Of a DNA stretch of 64,000 nt, positions 12,957-28,179 are shown piece after piece (positions within the stretch are counted from its first letter, which is position 1; each line of letters opens with the position of its first letter). Made by a program: the position numbers and the translations under genes. Below the pieces are notes generated by a model. That model was not told the origin of the DNA. It did not search any database and was given only the letters and a program-made list of their open reading frames with translations. This DNA comes from Parasitella parasitica NRRL 2501 (lineage: Eukaryota > Fungi > Mucoromycota), in contig MU619244.1 of assembly GCA_025201805.1 (NCBI GenBank), positions 278,373-342,372 of the forward strand, written 5' to 3'.

Positions 12957-14242
12957 TTGATTGCTTTTATTGTTTTAATACGGAAAGAAGAAAGAAAGGA
13001 TTTTACCGCTGTTGCTGCATTTATTAAATGCCTGTTTTTGTATATGATTACATACTCGCAATTCAGCAAAAAGTCCACGTAAGAAGAAATTTACTTTTTG
13101 AGCAAAATCTCTGCCTCGCGTCATCAGTTCTGCACAGCGCTGGTAAATATTGGCTGATTTAGAAATTTAAATGGTGATTGTAAAAAAATAATTTGGTGCT
13201 GGCTCAATGGAAAAAATCTTTTGGCAGTTTCAAGATTTTGCTTCCACTCTCAATCTACCGATTCTTTTGAAAACAATGCCTATTTTTTTTGAGAAAAATC
13301 GCGCACTTGTGCGAGGCTAATTAAGCCAGACATTTCTATGCATGATCCATCTTGATATTAAATTATATGAAAGGTGAATTAAAAGTTTGAAATAAACAAG
13401 AATCACGAAACTGAGTTTAACATCTAAAACTAGAATCAACAGAAGGAAGCAATATACTGAAGTATCTTGTTCTAAATAAAAAGCATAGACATTATGTTGA
13501 GTAGAAGGAAAAACATTATCAGTGGCACGAGAATTTCTAAATATGGGAGCTGTGAGGAAATGAATCCTAGAGACCGGATTAGATACAACAACACTAAGTG
13601 TGTTCATAACATATAGGTTCTTTATTGAAATATTTAAGGAGAGTGTCTATAGAATACAGTATTTTTACTTGGTTTTTGGACCTTTTTTTCCTAAGCAGTG
13701 GAGCTGTTGGCTTCTTTTAATGGTATCGTATGACAGACAGGAGGATATATTCATACAATGGACAAAATAATGATGATAATTAATGGCTATAATGACCAAA
13801 GATTGCCTTTCGTTTGTTTGAGATTTTGGCGTCAATGACCTGGTGCATAGTGTGCTTAGCTAGTGTCACAGGATTTTGGGCATAATCGTGGGTATCACCG
13901 TTTACTACGCACTGGAAACAAGTAATGACCATGATAACCTTGTTCAATTGCGAAATGAAAAGCTGTACTTGATCAAGACTGAACGGGAATTGGATATGAG
14001 CAATTTCACATATGGTATAGAGATCGGGTTTGGCGCGATTAATGATGTAGAACGTAGCATTTTTACCTATATAATAATACATGAGAATGTTATAGACCTA
14101 TGAACACAACATATACTTTACCAACAACAAGGAAAGCAAAAATAGATTTCAAGTTGTGTCTATCCGAAGCATCTTTGGCCAATGTTGCAACACGCATCAG
14201 ATCGATACCAACAAGCCGGTGACTGAGGGCCTGGTACACGCA

Positions 14243-14590
14243 TCATGGTTTCCGCATTGACAACCGGGTTACTATCACCCAAGGCCTTAATAAGGGTTTC
14301 CTTGAAGGTTGAATAGTTGCACAGAAGTCCCGGCTTGTCTGAAGAGTACAGATGGTCGAGGTGCGGCTCGATAAACTGAAATGCAACCCCAGTCAGATGG
14401 GAGACCGCGAATAAGATCTTGTTTTCATCGGAAGCACACACTCGCTCATTGGCTGCGAAGTGTAATGCAAGCCGAGAGAAAAAGGCATGACAAAGATGTG
14501 GTTTACCAGCAAAAGGAGTAGGTGGCTTGATTTTCACAATTCTGCCACTGGAAGTCTCGTTACTGCGCTTTGACTTCGCCGCAACCAATT
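14243..14590 (-). mobile_element. Ty3/gypsy-type retrotransposon gag (capsid) fragment
   Basis: KIKPPTPFAGKPHLCHAFFSRLALHF...DENKILFAVSHLTGVAFQFIEP...YSTFKETLIKALGD matches the PxxFxG...KIxFAxSxLxGxA gag pattern. No pol or LTR seen. Confidence 0.8.
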
Positions 14591-14599
14591 CGATCGCTC

Positions 14600-15894
14600 A
14601 ACAATCATGTATTATATTGATCGATGCGTCGGGACGTATATTGGCTTGCTTTTCGTCATCACTGACAGCGTCCAGCTTCTCCTTCTAATTTTGTCACTGC
14701 TTGGTTGGTTTACGCCTTCCAAGTATACACTGGTCATAAATCTGTCTTGCCTTGGTTCTCTTTTCCAGACAAGTTCAAATTCCGTGTATCTTCTGTGCCT
14801 GTTCTTAAACATCTTAGCAATCTCTTGACAAAACTACCTAAGCTAGTTCCTTCCTCTAATTGGTCTGCTAGGTGGTTTCTTGATTTTCCACTGTGTTATG
14901 TACTCAGTACTGTGTCGTCAGTTCCTTCGATGGTTGATCCTGCTACCTTGGATCCTCGATATCTGGTTTCTGACATTTGCTTTTGGCAGCCTGATCTTGG
15001 CATTGTCGAGGGTGTTACTCGGCATCTGACGTGGCCCACAAAAGTCCGTCGTGTCTATTTAGATGTCAACAAAGATCTTGGCCCTGTCTGTCTGGTTTTC
15101 CCGCCTGTCATGGATAGTAAGATAGTCTTGTGTCATGCAGACTATCATACTATGCCCCGTTCTGATGATGCTTCTTCGTGAATGCCAGATTGCTCACACT
15201 GGACAATTTCCAATTCGTCTCGTTCTTCTGTTCCTGTGGCTCGCTTGTCTTTGAACGCCCTGCGAAGGTATTGGCATCCTGCAAAGGATATTATTACCTC
15301 TCGTATGGGTTCTCTCTGCCTGTCCATTTGCGATTACCTCCTCCTTCTTGGCGTCTTTTTTGGTCCCTGGATTTGCCAGCAAAAGCATTCATACCTTGGT
15401 GGCGATTGTTACATGATCGAGTGGCTCACCGATCTTGGTGCCATCGCATAGTTCCAGCAAAAGTTCTGGCTCCGGAAGACTTGTTCCATTTTGTTGTCGG
15501 CTGTTCCTTCAAAGCCCGGTATTGGCGAGATGTTGTATCCTTGCTGTCCCTGCAGGATCTCCTCCCAACTGCCATGTCTATCTGGCAAGCTCTGACTAGT
15601 TTTTGTTCTCAAAATTTGGAAATGCTCGATGAAGAGGTTCTGGTGGCTCTTGGTACTGCGTACAGTACACTTTGGAAATATCATTGGCGATGTGTCATAG
15701 ACACGGAGCCCTGGATTGCTTCGGCATATTTTAACGTGGTTCGTCAGGATCATGGTCTACTATTTTCTTCTCTTTCGTCTTTGGCAAGTGTTCAAGCTGG
15801 CAGCTTGACCTTGCCTGCACATAGTCTATAGTTTCGTTATGAAATTTTAATAAAGATACATTTTCATACAAAAAAACAAAAAACAAAAAAAAAA
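14600..15894 (+). mobile_element. 5'-truncated non-LTR retrotransposon (LINE, L1/Tx1-like) 3' end with zf-RVT region and poly(A) tail
   Basis: Frameshifted ORF2 C-terminus WRLFWSLDLPAKAFIPWWRLLHDRVAHR...EDLFHFVVGC...LWKYHWRCVID; AATAAA at 15849 and A-rich tail 15870-15894. Confidence 0.8.
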
Positions 15895-17169
15895 TTCAAT
15901 TAAATTATGAATATCAAATCGCATCCCAGCCAAAAGTTGCAATTACCATGTTATTATCCAAGTCCTCGAAAAGAGGACTGAGAATTGCTTCCAAATGTCG
16001 TGTGATCAGTTCCGTTTCCTTGGGCCCATTTTCAATGATTTGGCGTGGCTGCTTTTCCATCCTATTTATGATTTAGAATTAGATGCGATATTTTTAACAG
16101 CCTAAAAACTTACATGCTTCGGAAGGACAACAAAATCCTGTTAACAGGATTAAGGACATCACCGTCTTGTATCAGGGCAGAAATTTGCCGTGATGCTGCT
16201 AGGCGCGTGCATGCTTTTCCTTGGTCACCGTCCTAATACGGATAAAAAATAATCAAGAACTATTCATTTTTCTATTCTGGTTTCTCTCTCAAATTTACCA
16301 CATCCAATTGCATCATGATTTCTTCAAGTTGCAGTTTGACTTCAGTTGGAAACGACTGATTAGTCATATCATGTTTTTTAATGATATGCTGGCAAAGTGC
16401 ATCACATGTGTCGAGATCAATGTGCTTGTGCAAATCTTTGTGGGTGCGCGCTGGCTTCAGCAACAATATAGAGGAGAGAGCAAGTAAGTGTTGCACATGC
16501 TCTTCAACGGTGATAATGTTGCCTTGCTGTATGTGGTTGTTTTCATCTTGTTTGAAACTATAAAATCGAGCAGATATGTCAATGTCGTTAAAAATCATGC
16601 AATCGTCCGTTGTTGGTGGTGAAATATTATTTTCAGTAAATTGAATTGGACTACATTTTTCATGCTAACGCTTTCCCCCCTCGCCCAGCAAGTCTAGGTG
16701 CTAGTTTGGTACATTGGTTGCAAGGTTAAAAGTGCTTGTGTTTTTGGTATGTATCTGAATCTTTCTTTTGCTCTCTTCTCTTTTCTTTAATTCTTTTCTT
16801 TTCTTTTTCTATTTTCTTACTCTTATTTTGATGTCTCTTTATTCTTTTTCCCTCTTCACTCTTGGGAGGGTTTTTTCTACTTCTTATCTTGGCGAGCTGA
16901 TCCGGGGCAATTTGGTTTCTTAACTATTGTGCCCCGTATGACCTTTTATTTCTTAAATAAATCTCTCCCATTTAATCGTACAAAAAAGATACTCATTGAG
17001 CTTTGCTAGTGGTTGCGCATTCTTAAATACATGCTTCGCTAACGGGCCGGACATTGCCGGGTAAAATACGCACTGAGCTTTCAATTTAGGAGCAAAGGAA
17101 AAGGTGTGAAGGGCAATCCAGAAAGGCAAAAGGCGATACACCCTCCTCTTTCATCACCTATCTTTAGAC

Positions 17170-17761
17170 ATGTCTGGATCTGATCGGTAAGCATGCACAA
17201 AATTGTATCGAAAAGAGTGAGGATGAATGGATGGCTTGTCCTAGATGGATACATAGATGTGTGGATAGAAGGGATTAGAAAGGCTATGCCATGATCTCTC
17301 ACTTTTTTTTTTTCTCTCTTTTTTGTGAAATACATGTGAGTAATTATGGCTAAACCTCCTGTTGTATAGTTTGTACAGCAAGGGCCGCGTCTTGGGTTTC
17401 GAGCGTGCCAAGCGTAACCAAAACCCCAACGTTTCTCTCATCCAAGTTGAAGGTGTCCAAACTACCAAGGATGCTCAATTCTATCTCGGTAAGCGTATTG
17501 CCTACGTCTACCGTGCCCAGCGTGAGGTCAATGGCTCCAAGATTCGTGTCATCTGGGGCCGTATTGCCCGTACCCATGGTACCAACGGCGTCGTCAAGGC
17601 CCGTTTCCGCAAGAACTTGCCTCCCAAGGTCTTTGGTGCTTCCGTCCGTGTGGTAAGTTGTGTTTGCTATCTGAATCTTGAACCATATGCTGATCAATTG
17701 TACCTTTTTTTTTTTTTTTTTTAATATCATTACTTAGATGCTTTACCCTTCCAACATCTAA
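17170..17761 (+). CDS. RPL33: 60S ribosomal protein eL33 (L33/L35Ae)
   Basis: Exons 17170-17186, 17370-17652, 17738-17761 give [23 protein letters not shown]...[13 protein letters not shown]...[25 protein letters not shown]...RVMLYPSNI. Confidence 0.97.
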
Positions 17762-18154
17762 ATTGCTTTGATTTAGAAGAAACGAAATTGTTTGACTCGA
17801 GAAAAATAAAACAGAATGATTTACTGGCATTTAGTGTTTTATATTTGCAATAATATTCTAAAATTGGGGTTTACGAGAAAAAGAGATGGGAATTCAGGTT
17901 GGAGTCGTTGATGATAATCAAATGGGGGGGGGGGGGTTTCTATCTTGTCGATAATGATACTGAAATCCACCTTAGTACTATTTGGTATTATTAGACACAA
18001 AAGTTAATAATACTGAAACTCGGAAAATGAACCAATGTGGCAGCTCTAACTTTTCAGTATTGTTAAATCAAAAAAAAAAAAGTATAAATGCTGACCAGCG
18101 TGTAAATTATCTACAAGTTACTTTTGTCTTCTTATTTATCTACCAGACCTAACT

Positions 18155-21081
18155 ATGCAACCAATTTTACCAGCTAATCAAAGAAAGGGGTGTCTCATCA
18201 AGCGTGAATCTAGCTCTGATTCTGAACAGGTGCCTGAACCTACCTTTTTATCAGTTGAGAGATTGGTTTGCACTGAACAAAGTGGACCCTCGGTTCAAAA
18301 AGCTCGCCATGGCCGTCTTAAGAAGACTCATGTCGAAACGATCCCTTTGGAAGGCTCTCAAAGTGAAGCTACTATTGTTGCTCCCTCTGCCACTATTCAT
18401 ACTAATACCGGTGCTTCCCAGCAAGTTGATGAAGTTGTTCTTACACTTCAAGACATTTTGAAGAACAAGTGGCCAAGTACCGAATTGGCTTATCGAATGC
18501 CTTTGGCTGTGTGGAAGGTATTGACATAATGAGTTTTGTTGGTGTACTTTTTCAAAAACAACGCACTAAATTTTATATATGACTTAGAAATACTGCCAAA
18601 GCTTAGAACTTGATAGATTTAGCGAAGATACTTTGCATCCTTACACTGTTGGTCCGCCCGCTAAAGTAGCAGCCTTTTTTTAACCCGTGTGTTCAAGAAG
18701 ACGTACGCAAAATATGTGATAGTCGGTGGAGACGTCAGAACATAAGCGTCATCGCGAAATGATGGAGATGCTAGATCATCAACCAGATTGGTTGCAAGTA
18801 TTGCATTACTGTTGTGCCATGTAGTCTCATTGCCCCTATATATTAGTCAGAGGGTCAGAATACTCCCTCCCCCCCCCTATCAAGTATTATATAAGTTATA
18901 TCTTATCCAAACAAACAAACAATAGTCTTTATCCCATTAACCATTAGTTTTGGTAACTTTGGTTATATCTCTGTTGGGTGTTATATATTGAATAATCGCT
19001 TAGTTTAAATCCTATATCAAGTAAATATCGGTCCACGCATCATTACAATATATTTTACGTATTTTTTTTTAAACACTCAAACTATAGAGACAGAAGATTG
19101 CCCAACCAATAAATCTGGAAGAGCAAAAAACCTTGAGATCCTATTGGCATTAAGTCTATAAACTAGTACAAGAAGGCCTTGATGTTCTAGTAGCTACCAG
19201 AAGAATAACATGGCCATCTCCAAAAATATGCAAAGAGGTGAAAAACATAATCAAATAGTATGGCGCAAACTTGATTTACGGATCGAGTACAGACAAATGC
19301 TGATAGGGCTGCCCATGGTATCATCCGGGATTCATATAAAATTGGCCAATTTATTAAAATTCTGTTAGACTTGTGGTGCTCAACTGACAAGCATCATTTG
19401 CAAGAAAGGTTTTCAATTTCTGCTCGCCACCACATGCTTCTTCGAGATCAAGATTTACGAAATTTGAATTTCTCGGATTGTTTCTCGACTATTATTTCGC
19501 GCACGCAACATAGAGGTGTACAGCAAGCTGTTGCTCTCCTTTTTTGCTTGGATAAGGGTAAAAATCTGAAGGATGGTGAAGTAAAATTTGCGTGCGTGAT
19601 GAGACATTACAATCTCTACAGATGTCCTTTCAGTGCCTTTGCGTTTTATATGTTCAGCAAACTTCAGGTAACTATAAAGAAAACGATTTCATAAATAGAT
19701 TATTGAACTTTTACTTGTATTTGTCTTGTCTCAGAAGGAAGAGCCTGCGTTCCTGGACGACACAAGATGGCATAATTTTAAAGTACTTGTAGACAAAGAA
19801 GAGGGTATAAGTAGTGTCCAGCAGTACAATGCAACAAAGAAAATCTTTTTAGAGCATGGAATTCATACAAGTAGAGTTACGCATGGTGGCCGTCATGCCG
19901 GTGCTATGGAAGCTGAATCCCTTGGTATCCCCACTGATATCATCAAAAAAGGCGGTGGATGGAAGGATCGCTTGGGTCGTCTGGAGACTCATTACCTTGG
20001 CAAGGTGCCATCTGAGTTTGCTCGTGGTATGGCTGGTTTTTGGAATAAGCCATTCGTATTTGAAAGAAATAGAGTGGATCCTCCCATTGAACTGCAGCAA
20101 GAAGTCTTCCCTTGGATTGAGGGTTGCTTTGGGGAGAATAATACCGATTGGAAGAAAGAATTTCTGGACGAAATGAACCAGATAGATGAAAATGAGTTTT
20201 ACGAGGATGATGTTGAGGCTGAATTTGTTGAAGACGATGTAAGTCAGTCGACTTTGAGGAAAGGAAAGAAAAGGCAAAAGCAAGCAGTGGTCGTACACAA
20301 GACTATAGATGCCGCAAAAAGAGGGGTTTTGAAATTGTTGATCAGGTGTAGAAGGATCATTTTGCAAGACGCAGCTGCCTATCTCATTTTTAAAAAAGAA
20401 AACCACATTGTCAACACTCTCCCTTCATCGAACAACTTCTTTCTCTTGCCCCAGTTTAAAATATTCCAAGAACAAGTCAGACGTTCGATCAATACTCCTA
20501 CCAATGACCGACTTCAAGATTACGAGAGCCTCGTCCCTCACATCGTAGACTCTCAAAATGAAGTATCCAGCCGGATCGCTGGTTTTGACCAGCAACTTAC
20601 TCAAGTTCAAAAAATCATCCAGCGAGATCTTAGGCAAGAAATAGTTGAACTCAAACAGCAATCGCTTCTGAATCAGCAAAACGCCTCAAGGCAGATCAGT
20701 CAATTGCAACAGCACTTGCAACAATCCTTGGGTATGCAGCAGCTGATTCTGACCAACTTGCAATTTTTAACAAATCAGCGAATTGAGTCGATTGTTTCTA
20801 TCTCTCCTACCGCTGCCACCTCAAATTCATCTTCTTTTACTTCTTTCTCTGCTCCTGTTCCTGATCTTCCTTCTTCATCCGTTCCATCCAGTTCTACTAC
20901 TTCCACTTCTTTCCCGTCTATTGCATCTTCTTCGCGTGCACTACTTCCAACTCCTGCCCAGCCAGAAAACACTGTTTCTGATAACACTTGCTCGTCTACA
21001 AGCACGAGAAGAAAATACAAAAAAAAAAAGAGAAGGCAACAAAATGGGTTAATTACAATTTATAGAATAAACAAAAAATAG
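18155..21081 (+). mobile_element. Crypton-type DNA transposon (tyrosine recombinase / Ndc10-II-like), decayed
   Basis: Recombinase motifs HHMLLRDQDLRNL, LDKGK, MRHYNLYRCPFSA, THGGRHAG, GGGW, ETHYL, FARGMAGF. The 5' half (YTVGPPAKVAAFF; DRAAHGIIRDSY) has stops and frameshifts at ~18680-19260. Confidence 0.85.
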
Positions 21082-21790
21082 TATAATATATATTATGAGC
21101 GAGTAAAATTTCTAATAATGTAGAGTATACGGTAGCAAATAAGTTTATATAATGCTTCATAAAATGCTGAACTTCCTTAAGAAATACATCACTAATGAAA
21201 GCTCTTGTCAGTTGAAGCGCCCTCTCAGTATTGAGATTTTGGTATTTTTGCAATTTTTTCCGAAATTATGGTTAATACCCGGCCCTGGTATCACCTTTTT
21301 TTTTTAAAAAAAAAAGAGAGTTTTCATGCGGTAAAAAGGTATGAAGAAGAAAGGGAAAAGCATAGTGTGTTTACTACTTGTATATTATGCAAATAGGCGT
21401 AGCTCAGAGAGCATTTACCACATTTTTGGCCTCCACTTTGGCAACATCTTGATTGTTTGGTGTAAAATCGCGGGATAATACACAATGCAAAGTATCAGTT
21501 TAGCCAGTTTTGGTGATTCATGAGCCTTGTGCACTGTTTCCCGAGGTTGCTATGCAGTGCAAGATAGGGCTTGCTATAGTATTTATGATGTCCTTTTTCC
21601 TCAGTCGTTTCTACTGTTGTATACATGTATCCACCGCTGAGTCTATGTCTATTTCTTCACGCCATTGTTGCCTCTGCTACATAGATCATGACATGCACGC
21701 ATAGTCATAAATTTTTATTTCATTTATTTTGTTTTTTGTTTTTTGTTTTTTTTTTTGTTTTATGTTTTGAAAGTAACTTATTAAATTACA

Positions 21791-25229
<3,439 letters not shown>

Positions 25230-25569
25230 AATTTCAGTGATAAATGGTTGCTAAAAAGATCAAGTGAGGGAGAAAAAACAAAAGAAACCATGTGTCGCAA
25301 AAAAAAATAACCTCATTAAAGTTGCTTCATAGGAAGCCACCATTACCTCCTCCTCCTCCTCCATCTCCATCTCTATCTCCACCAATATGCCCCTGACGTC
25401 ACAAAGCAATAGCTTTCCATAGATGTTGTGCCTGGATCATCCTATAGACGGCATGAGTGCAAATCCAAAACTGGAGTTGTTCAAAAAGAGTGCATGCAAC
25501 CTTTTAGAATAAAGTGAGGCAACACATTTAATATTATTCATACTTTTATAAAAACAAGTTACATACAGT

Positions 25570-25600
<31 letters not shown>

Positions 25601-26497
25601 ATTGTTGATCACACTGCTAATTATGCATAAACTTGATGCAAAGATAGCAGCTACTGATCTTGAAAGCGCCTTCCTCCAACAGTGTAGCTTTGTCAAGGAA
25701 TATACATCTATGCGTACATTCACGATTATATTTTTTTTTTGTGAAAAAAAAACAGATTGAACTGGGTTTATCATGTATACATCGCTCAGCATCAAAAGCA
25801 AAGTACAACAGTATCATGATACTTGAGGGAAACTACATACACACTGTTGTATTTGACTGTCGGGTTACATTTAAAAAAAAAAAGTACAATACAAACAAAC
25901 CATGATTTGCATCAAACGAACACGGTACACACAAAACTTCATTATCATCGACATACGGACATTCCCACGTGTGTAAAACAACAACAATCATTACAGTGCT
26001 CAACAGCACTTTATAGTAAAAGCAACAAGGCTTGAGTTTCTTGCCAAATTCTTTTCTTTGTTACGACATGCTATTACAGGAAAGCGAACCAATCGTGCAA
26101 CTGTAACCAATGTGTTACTACTCTAAGCCAATGTCAGCAAAGTCATTTCATTGCTCTTTTAGGCTCCACAGACGCCTAGCCAGGAGAAACATCAGTTGAT
26201 CAGTGATTGCCTCAGCCAAAAAAAAAAAAAATCTTAATTGGTGACAATCCCGCTTCCTAGATTTTCTTTTATGAATATTTGTCGTCTACTCTGACTTGCT
26301 TTGGCAAATAGAGGACTCTAGTGAAATTTTACAAGTGGACATTTTGACATGTAAAAGGAAGGGTCTTTGGTATGGTTGCATGATCCGCCTTTCCTCCTGC
26401 TGTTGCCATGGAGTTTGAATGGGCAGTGATTTGGCAAAAATTTTCCTTGATGGTGACAGAAGGTTGCCTTTTTTATTGTCTTTGCATTTATTTACCA

Positions 26498-28179
26498 ATG
26501 TCAAACCTATCAGAATACGAAAAGAGGCGACTAGAGAACATTAGGTATATACGACGTTTGCCAGATGGCGTAACTATTGACACTGTAGGTAAAATAGGGC
26601 AAACGAGGCACTGCTGCGTGGTCTGGACCTTCCTACTCCATCGATAATAAAAGAAGATGAAAAAAGAGCCTCAAGAAAACATGTGCCCAAAGCGGCTCCT
26701 AAGCAACCCCAGGTTGGGATTCGCGCCTCTGCTCGCATCCGTGGAGAAAAACCTGACTTGCAAGTCTTTGAGCACAAGCGTGAGCGCATCGGACTAGCAC
26801 CCAAGAAGGTAAAATACGAATACGCCATCAGCAGAGAGGACCAGCAAAAGTTGATGGGAGTCCTTGGAGATACGTTGAAAGCACCCAACAGCGTTCCTTC
26901 TGCCAACAAGGAAACCCGTCCAAAAGAAATCAAGTCGTACCAGTCGCTGAAGAAATCGTTGCAAAGACTGGAAATTCGGCATGAATGGGACACTGTCAAA
27001 GTGGCATCCAGCCGCATTTCAACCTGTCTGTAAGTTGGTTCGACTCGCGGTAGCCTGAAAATGAGCTAACCGCTTGTTGCCTATTTGGCTTAGATTCCAT
27101 CCCTCGCAAACCAAGATCCTTGCTTGTGCAGCCGATACGGAAGGCTACATTGGATTTTGGGATGTCAACGGCCAGGAAGCAGATGGCGATCCTGTGACAT
27201 ACAACCACAAACCTCACAAACGCACGGTGAGCGACATGCATTTCAATCCTGTCGACACGTCCAAACTGCTGTCGTCATCTTACGACGGCACTATTCAGGT
27301 ATTTGACATGAATACAGGAAAGTTTGACGCACTCAAGACAGGAGACGATTACTCGTTTACGGGATTTGACATGACTCAAGATGGACATTGTGTAAGTTAA
27401 TTGAATTTGCAAGCNNNNNNNNNNAAAAAAAAAAAAAAAAAAAAATGGCAATGCTTATTTTATCCCGTTTTGTCATACAAGATCTGGTTCACCACATCCG
27501 ATGGCGAGCTGGGGTTTATCGATACCCGAACGAGAAAGAATGCCATTGTCCACAAGGTCAAAGACAAGAAGGTTGGCTGTGTTCATCTGAATCCAGTGCA
27601 TTCTCACCTTATGACGTTGGCATCGAACGACAGAACAAACACTATCTGGGACGTGCGCATGTGGAACAAGTCCAAGGCCATGGAGCCGCTGCAATCTATC
27701 GAGCATGGCTACTCTGTCACGAGCAGTTATTGGTCACCCAACGGCGACATTCTGGCGACCACCGCATACGACAATTTCGTACGATTATTCAATCTAAACG
27801 AGAACAAAACGTTGGAGCTCAAGACTGCCATCAAACACAACTGCACCACTGGCAGGTGATGTATACAACATAATAGCTGATAGAATTACATGGCGTATTT
27901 ACTTGATAATGTTTTATATGAAATGATAGATGGGTAACTAATCTGCGAGCAAGATGGAATACAAACAAGGCACAAGGACTGGACAACCAACATTTGGTAG
28001 TGGGAAATATGAATCACACCCTGGACCTCATTTCGGGCGAGACGGGAGAGGAACTTGCATCGCTGTATGATAGTGATCATATTACGGCCATACCATCTGT
28101 TGCGCAATTTCATCCTAGCACTCCAACTCCTGTCATCTTGATCGGAAATGGCTCGGGAAGGATGGTATGCTGGAGCTAG
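26498..28179 (+). CDS. CMR1: WD40 DNA-damage-binding protein CMR1/WDR76
   Basis: N-terminus MSNLSEYEKRRLENIR|ANEALLRGLDLP; WD40 repeats (GYIGFWD, LLSSSYDGTI, ASNDRTNTIWDVR, YWSPNG); IKHNCTTGR|W motif; C-terminal GNGSGRMVCWS. Confidence 0.9.

Larger units (their letters stand above)
13780..16598 (-). pseudogene. Disrupted Mucorales multi-copy PD-(D/E)XK-like hypothetical protein gene, split by retroelement insertions
   Basis: 5' exons (16598 to ~15930): ...LLALSSILLLKP...|DGD...RILLSFRSM|MEKQPRQIIENGPKETELITRHLEAILSPLFEDLDN. 3' exons (~14240-13780): YQALSHRLVGIDLMRVATLAKDASDRHNLKSIFAFLVVG|KNATFY...LYTICEIAHIQFPFSL. The expected middle part is absent. Family call is by recall. Confidence 0.55.

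Noticed and set aside
13299-13321. Hairpin followed by CTAA-T resembling a Helitron 3' end
   Set aside because: Only 2 nt between hairpin and CTRR, and no Rep/helicase or 5' end identified.
21396-21450. GGCGTAGCTCAG resembling a tRNA D-arm
   Set aside because: No T-loop (GTTCRA) or acceptor stem follows.
25394-25401. TGACGTCA (CRE/ATF site) upstream of the kinesin
   Set aside because: A single 8-mer, expected by chance about once in a window this size; no supporting evidence.
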